DNA of 64,000 nucleotides from Eremomyces bilateralis CBS 781.70 (Eukaryota): NCBI GenBank assembly GCA_010015585.1, contig ML975162.1; one strand, 5' to 3'. Shown piece by piece: positions 60,533 to 64,000 of this stretch (position 1 is its first letter; each line of letters starts with the position of its first letter). The notes under the pieces were generated by a model. It saw only the letters and a program-made list of their open reading frames with translations, ran no database searches and was not told where the DNA came from. The position numbers and the translations under genes were made by a program.

Positions 60533-63118
60533 TGTGATAGATAGAAAACTGACGACCTGACGATGATAAGATTGTATTGACTTGATCTACTGAAGACTTT
60601 CTATTGTCAAATGGTCAAACCAAGGCGAGTCTTTATACTGCTATCGAGCCACCGATATCATTTCAGATAGGCCCACAACTCGGACGCTAAAATTTTAAAG
60701 ACGATCGAATTTCTCAAAATGATTCTATTTTGATCTTTAATCCATTCCAGTTCCCCAAATTCTTCGATGACATTGAAACACTTAACTGTGGATTTGTGGT
60801 ACTATACGATGTGAACTCGTGTTTGATCCCGGTAAGGCAGAGAAAGAATGCTCAGCCTGGGGGCGATCACTTCGTGTTGGGGAACGATCAACAATATGAG
60901 GTTGATCGGTCAACAGCCAGTATCTCCTTTGGTATCGGAAAGAACCCACGGCATTTAACAGGCAGTAACACGACATTTGGCTCGTAAAAGCATTCCTTAA
61001 TATCCTGAATGGCATGCACTTCGACGCAAAGGGGTCGGTCCGATGATACGATACCGATACTGGGGTTTGAGCCTCGTAGTCATTGGCGGAATGGCCAAGG
61101 ATGCGGATAAATATAGTATTTTCCGAGATATCAAAAACCAGAAACCTGGATACATACGACCGATGGAGTGCTTCGTCTTCTATGCTTTGGCACCGCCCGC
61201 CTCTGGAAGAAGGATGAAGTCAACCATGAGGTTGTATGAGTCACTGCCCGGTTGCCCGGAGAGACCAATAGTGACGCGTGGAAGATCGACTGACGTCGCA
61301 TCCATGGCGATCTTCTCCTTTTCATTCCCAACCCCACATTCTTCTCCAACAATTGCAGACTAAACCTCTGGAATTGATCATCTGAACCACCGTATGGCAA
61401 TGAACCACTACAGAGACCTGCTTGTCCTCTTGTACCCAAGCATAGCCAACGTACATACCTTAAACCGCCGTAGTGGCAATGAAGCCCCATCCCAACCAAT
61501 GGTAGACTCTCGTCTGCGTTCTTGACTTCTTGCATACGCTCAGCGGGAGCAAGGGAGTTCAAGGCAGTAACGGCCGGGTGGCGCAATCGTGTTGATCATA
61601 ATAATGTTTATTGACGAGGTGTGGTTGTACAATACTCCGTACGCCCGGTGACTACCTCCACGATTCGCCCTTGGGGAGCGATATCGTCCAGTTCATCGAC
61701 TTTCGGGTCAAGTTGGTGTCAATCTTCAAAGAGATCTAGACGTTAACTGAGGAAGCCTTGGCCGTGATTCTACTAGAATGTCCCTCAATACGGTTTATTC
61801 AAGGCACTATCCTCTACGCGGCTAAGTCCCCTTGCTTGCGTGACCTCCCTCTCATTGATTCAACTGAATTGTAATCACCGACTTCACTACAACAACAATA
61901 CGGGCGCTTATCTAGAATTTGGGTAAAGGGACAAAGACCTCCTGCAAAAACTAACGAATTTTTCATAATGCGCTGAGTTCCTGGTTCTCAGGTCGGGGAT
62001 ATTCGATTGGAGCTATTAAGTTGTCGATTAGTTGACAGGACATTCTCCGGAAAACCACCAGCACTGCATAATAGGCAAAATTTAGTTTGGGAAGAAGCTT
62101 TCTATTGCTCAGTATATGTAGCTTGTCAAGTTAAGGAGCCCCTTCTTCCCCTTCCGACAAATCGACAATCTGGAGCATGATAATAGTGCTTGACTAAATC
62201 GAACCATCCTCCCAAAGTCAAGGATCACATCCATGTATGTACAAGAAAAAAAATCCGTCGGCACAGTGCAGCTCGTCGCATCTGCAACGCTAGACCACAC
62301 CACCGAGCATATCTTCAAAGAAAATAACAGATGAGCCAACCCCCAATCCTAGGGACGGGGACGCCTTGCATCAACTATACACAGCTCATCTTCCTCGTAC
62401 GCTTGTTATCAAACTCGGAAAAACACCATCCGCCGAGCCCTCCGTTCGCACCGCCGCGCCAGGGTCCGAAGATACAATCGCAGGTGAGCAGTGCTGGAGG
62501 CAAGGTTATGGACGGTGGAGCGAGCGATCACACCCAATAAGTCCGGCGAGCGCACCGACGCGACGCCTCCTGGACGCGCATCCGTTGCGGTTGTCCAGTT
62601 TCCGCGGAGATGCTCACGCGGAAAGGGAAACAGGAAAGGATGGGTCGACGGGAGGGCGAGGGTCAGTGCGGTAGGTCGCGGGATGGAAAGGGCGAGGAGT
62701 ACCGTAGACATACCGCGGAGGGGTCTCAGGATTTCTGGGGCAGGCTTTGGAGAGGGGGGGTTGGGGCGACGCGTCCGAGGAGAAAGGTGGGCCGGGTCGC
62801 CGTGCTCCAGAGCGAGCCCGCGGAAATGGGAAACGCGTCCAACGCACAACGCGCAAGATGCAGCAACATAACGCAATAAGCCTCCGAAAACGCAAAGGGA
62901 CCATACGGCGTGGAAGAGGCCGGAGCCGTCAATCCCACGGCCGTTCTCAGCAAAATGAAAACCTCAGCAACCCAGATATCAGGCATATGCAAGCTCGACT
63001 TGAAATGACGCGCAGATCTGTGGGGTATATATCGCAGGGAAAGGCAAAAAATCAAAATCAACCGCATAATGTTTGTGGAACTATCCTATTGAAAGCAAAA
63101 TCTGAACGTGGTCGTTCA

Positions 63119-64000
63119 TCACACCCATCCTTCTCGCTCTCCCTGCACGCTTTTCCGTGTCAAGCTCCGCGACGTCGTCCCACGCCCGACCGGGACCCGT
63201 AGAAATTTCTCGCCGATGGTGTCGAATATTGCGCGCGTGTTGCGCGTCTCGGACGTATTATCGGAGGTGTACGGGCTATCGTTCGGGTGGCGCGGGAATT
63301 CGCGGGACTCCAATGTGTATGGAGCATAGGGGTTAACGCCGACGTCCTTGAGATCTCGAGTGTAGGTGGGTGGAGCGGGGGTGTCGTCGGACGTGTATGC
63401 CGCGCCAGGTTGTTTAGCGCGAGTCCCATCGGTGACGCCGGACCATCCTGGATAAGTTTGGCCACCCTCTCCTCGCATTTTGTCGTGGCGGACGACGAGG
63501 ATGACGGTGCGGATGGTACCGATGAGGACGATGAGGACCCACACGAGGAGTATCATAGTCGAGATGATGGCTTCTTGTCGGATGGCAGATGCAAGTTTGT
63601 CGGTGACGCGGAAGACAGCCGCAGAAATATCGTCGTGCCCGCTGCCAGGATTGGCGAGGAGCTGGTCGTCGTCTTTGGAGTCAGAGACCGAAGCGAGAGC
63701 TCCAAGAGAGAACGTATCGTTAGCAAGCTGTGGGAAGTTGATGTGCGCATTGTCGTGGACCCAGGTAAGACCTTGCTGAACGCCTTGAACTTTGAGTCCG
63801 ATCAGGCAGTTGAATACTTCCTTGACCGGGTCGAAAAGGATCGTGCCGCCAAATGTATCGTTGAGCGCGCCGATAGTCTTGTCGATAAAGACATTCAGAG
63901 TGTCGTTGACTGCATCCGTGGAGGTCTTCACCCACCCAAAAAGCTCTTGGTTGAGATGATCGCTCTCGTTCCGGATCGCCGCGTTGGTGCCAACAGACCA
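63119..64000 (-). CDS. PRM1: Plasma membrane fusion protein Prm1, 3' part only (runs off the window)
   Basis: LFGWVKTSTDAVNDTLN...FGGTIL...FNCLIGLKVQGVQQGLTWVHDNAHINFP followed by a TM segment. Confidence 0.85.
   Translation of the reverse strand, partial: WSVGTNAAIRNESDHLNQELFGWVKTSTDAVNDTLNVFIDKTIGALNDTFGGTILFDPVKEVFNCLIGLKVQGVQQGLTWVHDNAHINFPQLANDTFSLGALASVSDSKDDDQLLANPGSGHDDISAAVFRVTDKLASAIRQEAIISTMILLVWVLIVLIGTIRTVILVVRHDKMRGEGGQTYPGWSGVTDGTRAKQPGAAYTSDDTPAPPTYTRDLKDVGVNPYAPYTLESREFPRHPNDSPYTSDNTSETRNTRAIFDTIGEKFLRVPVGRGTTSRSLTRKSVQGEREGWV

Noticed and set aside
61180..61740. Protein-like fragments on the - strand (e.g. QLDPKVDELDDIAPQGRIVEVVTG; DLPRVTIGLSGQPGSDSYNLMVDF)
   Set aside because: No consistent exon model or family could be built; at most a degenerate remnant
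62400..63100. Several overlapping 100-155 aa ORFs
   Set aside because: GC-rich region downstream of PRM1, with no motifs or splice-consistent model

Overview
Gene-dense, intron-containing genomic DNA from a filamentous ascomycete (GT..AG introns of about 50-60 nt with CTRAC branch points), carrying about 28 genes. Housekeeping genes include CBP3, CEM1, a NiCoT nickel transporter, RRG9, an MNN11-like GT34, UTP5, BDF1, RVB1, SDH8, ADE12, SEC6, MRPL33, SEC31, COX12, UTP7 and a partial PRM1. A dioxygenase-P450 fusion (Ppo/linoleate diol synthase) lies at the start of the window. An accessory-looking block (about 12.9-30.4 kb) holds a defective Tc1-like DD37E transposon, an MpaB-like oxygenase, a LaeA-like methyltransferase, a P450, a Cys-rich 7TM protein, a CFEM/siderophore-transporter pair around a GATA (SreA-type) site cluster, and a HET pseudogene. 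The most notable observation is an intron-containing secreted protein (59669-60532) whose mature domain reproduces the motif order of the colicin M lipid II-degrading bacteriocin domain, a candidate horizontally acquired antibacterial effector. Also notable are a 5-exon MIN8/NDUFA4-like microprotein gene, missed by the ORF track and head-to-head with COX12, a 3-nt microexon in COX12, and repeated local C-rich to G-rich skew switches across 31-44 kb. All family assignments come from motif recognition by eye; no searches were run.
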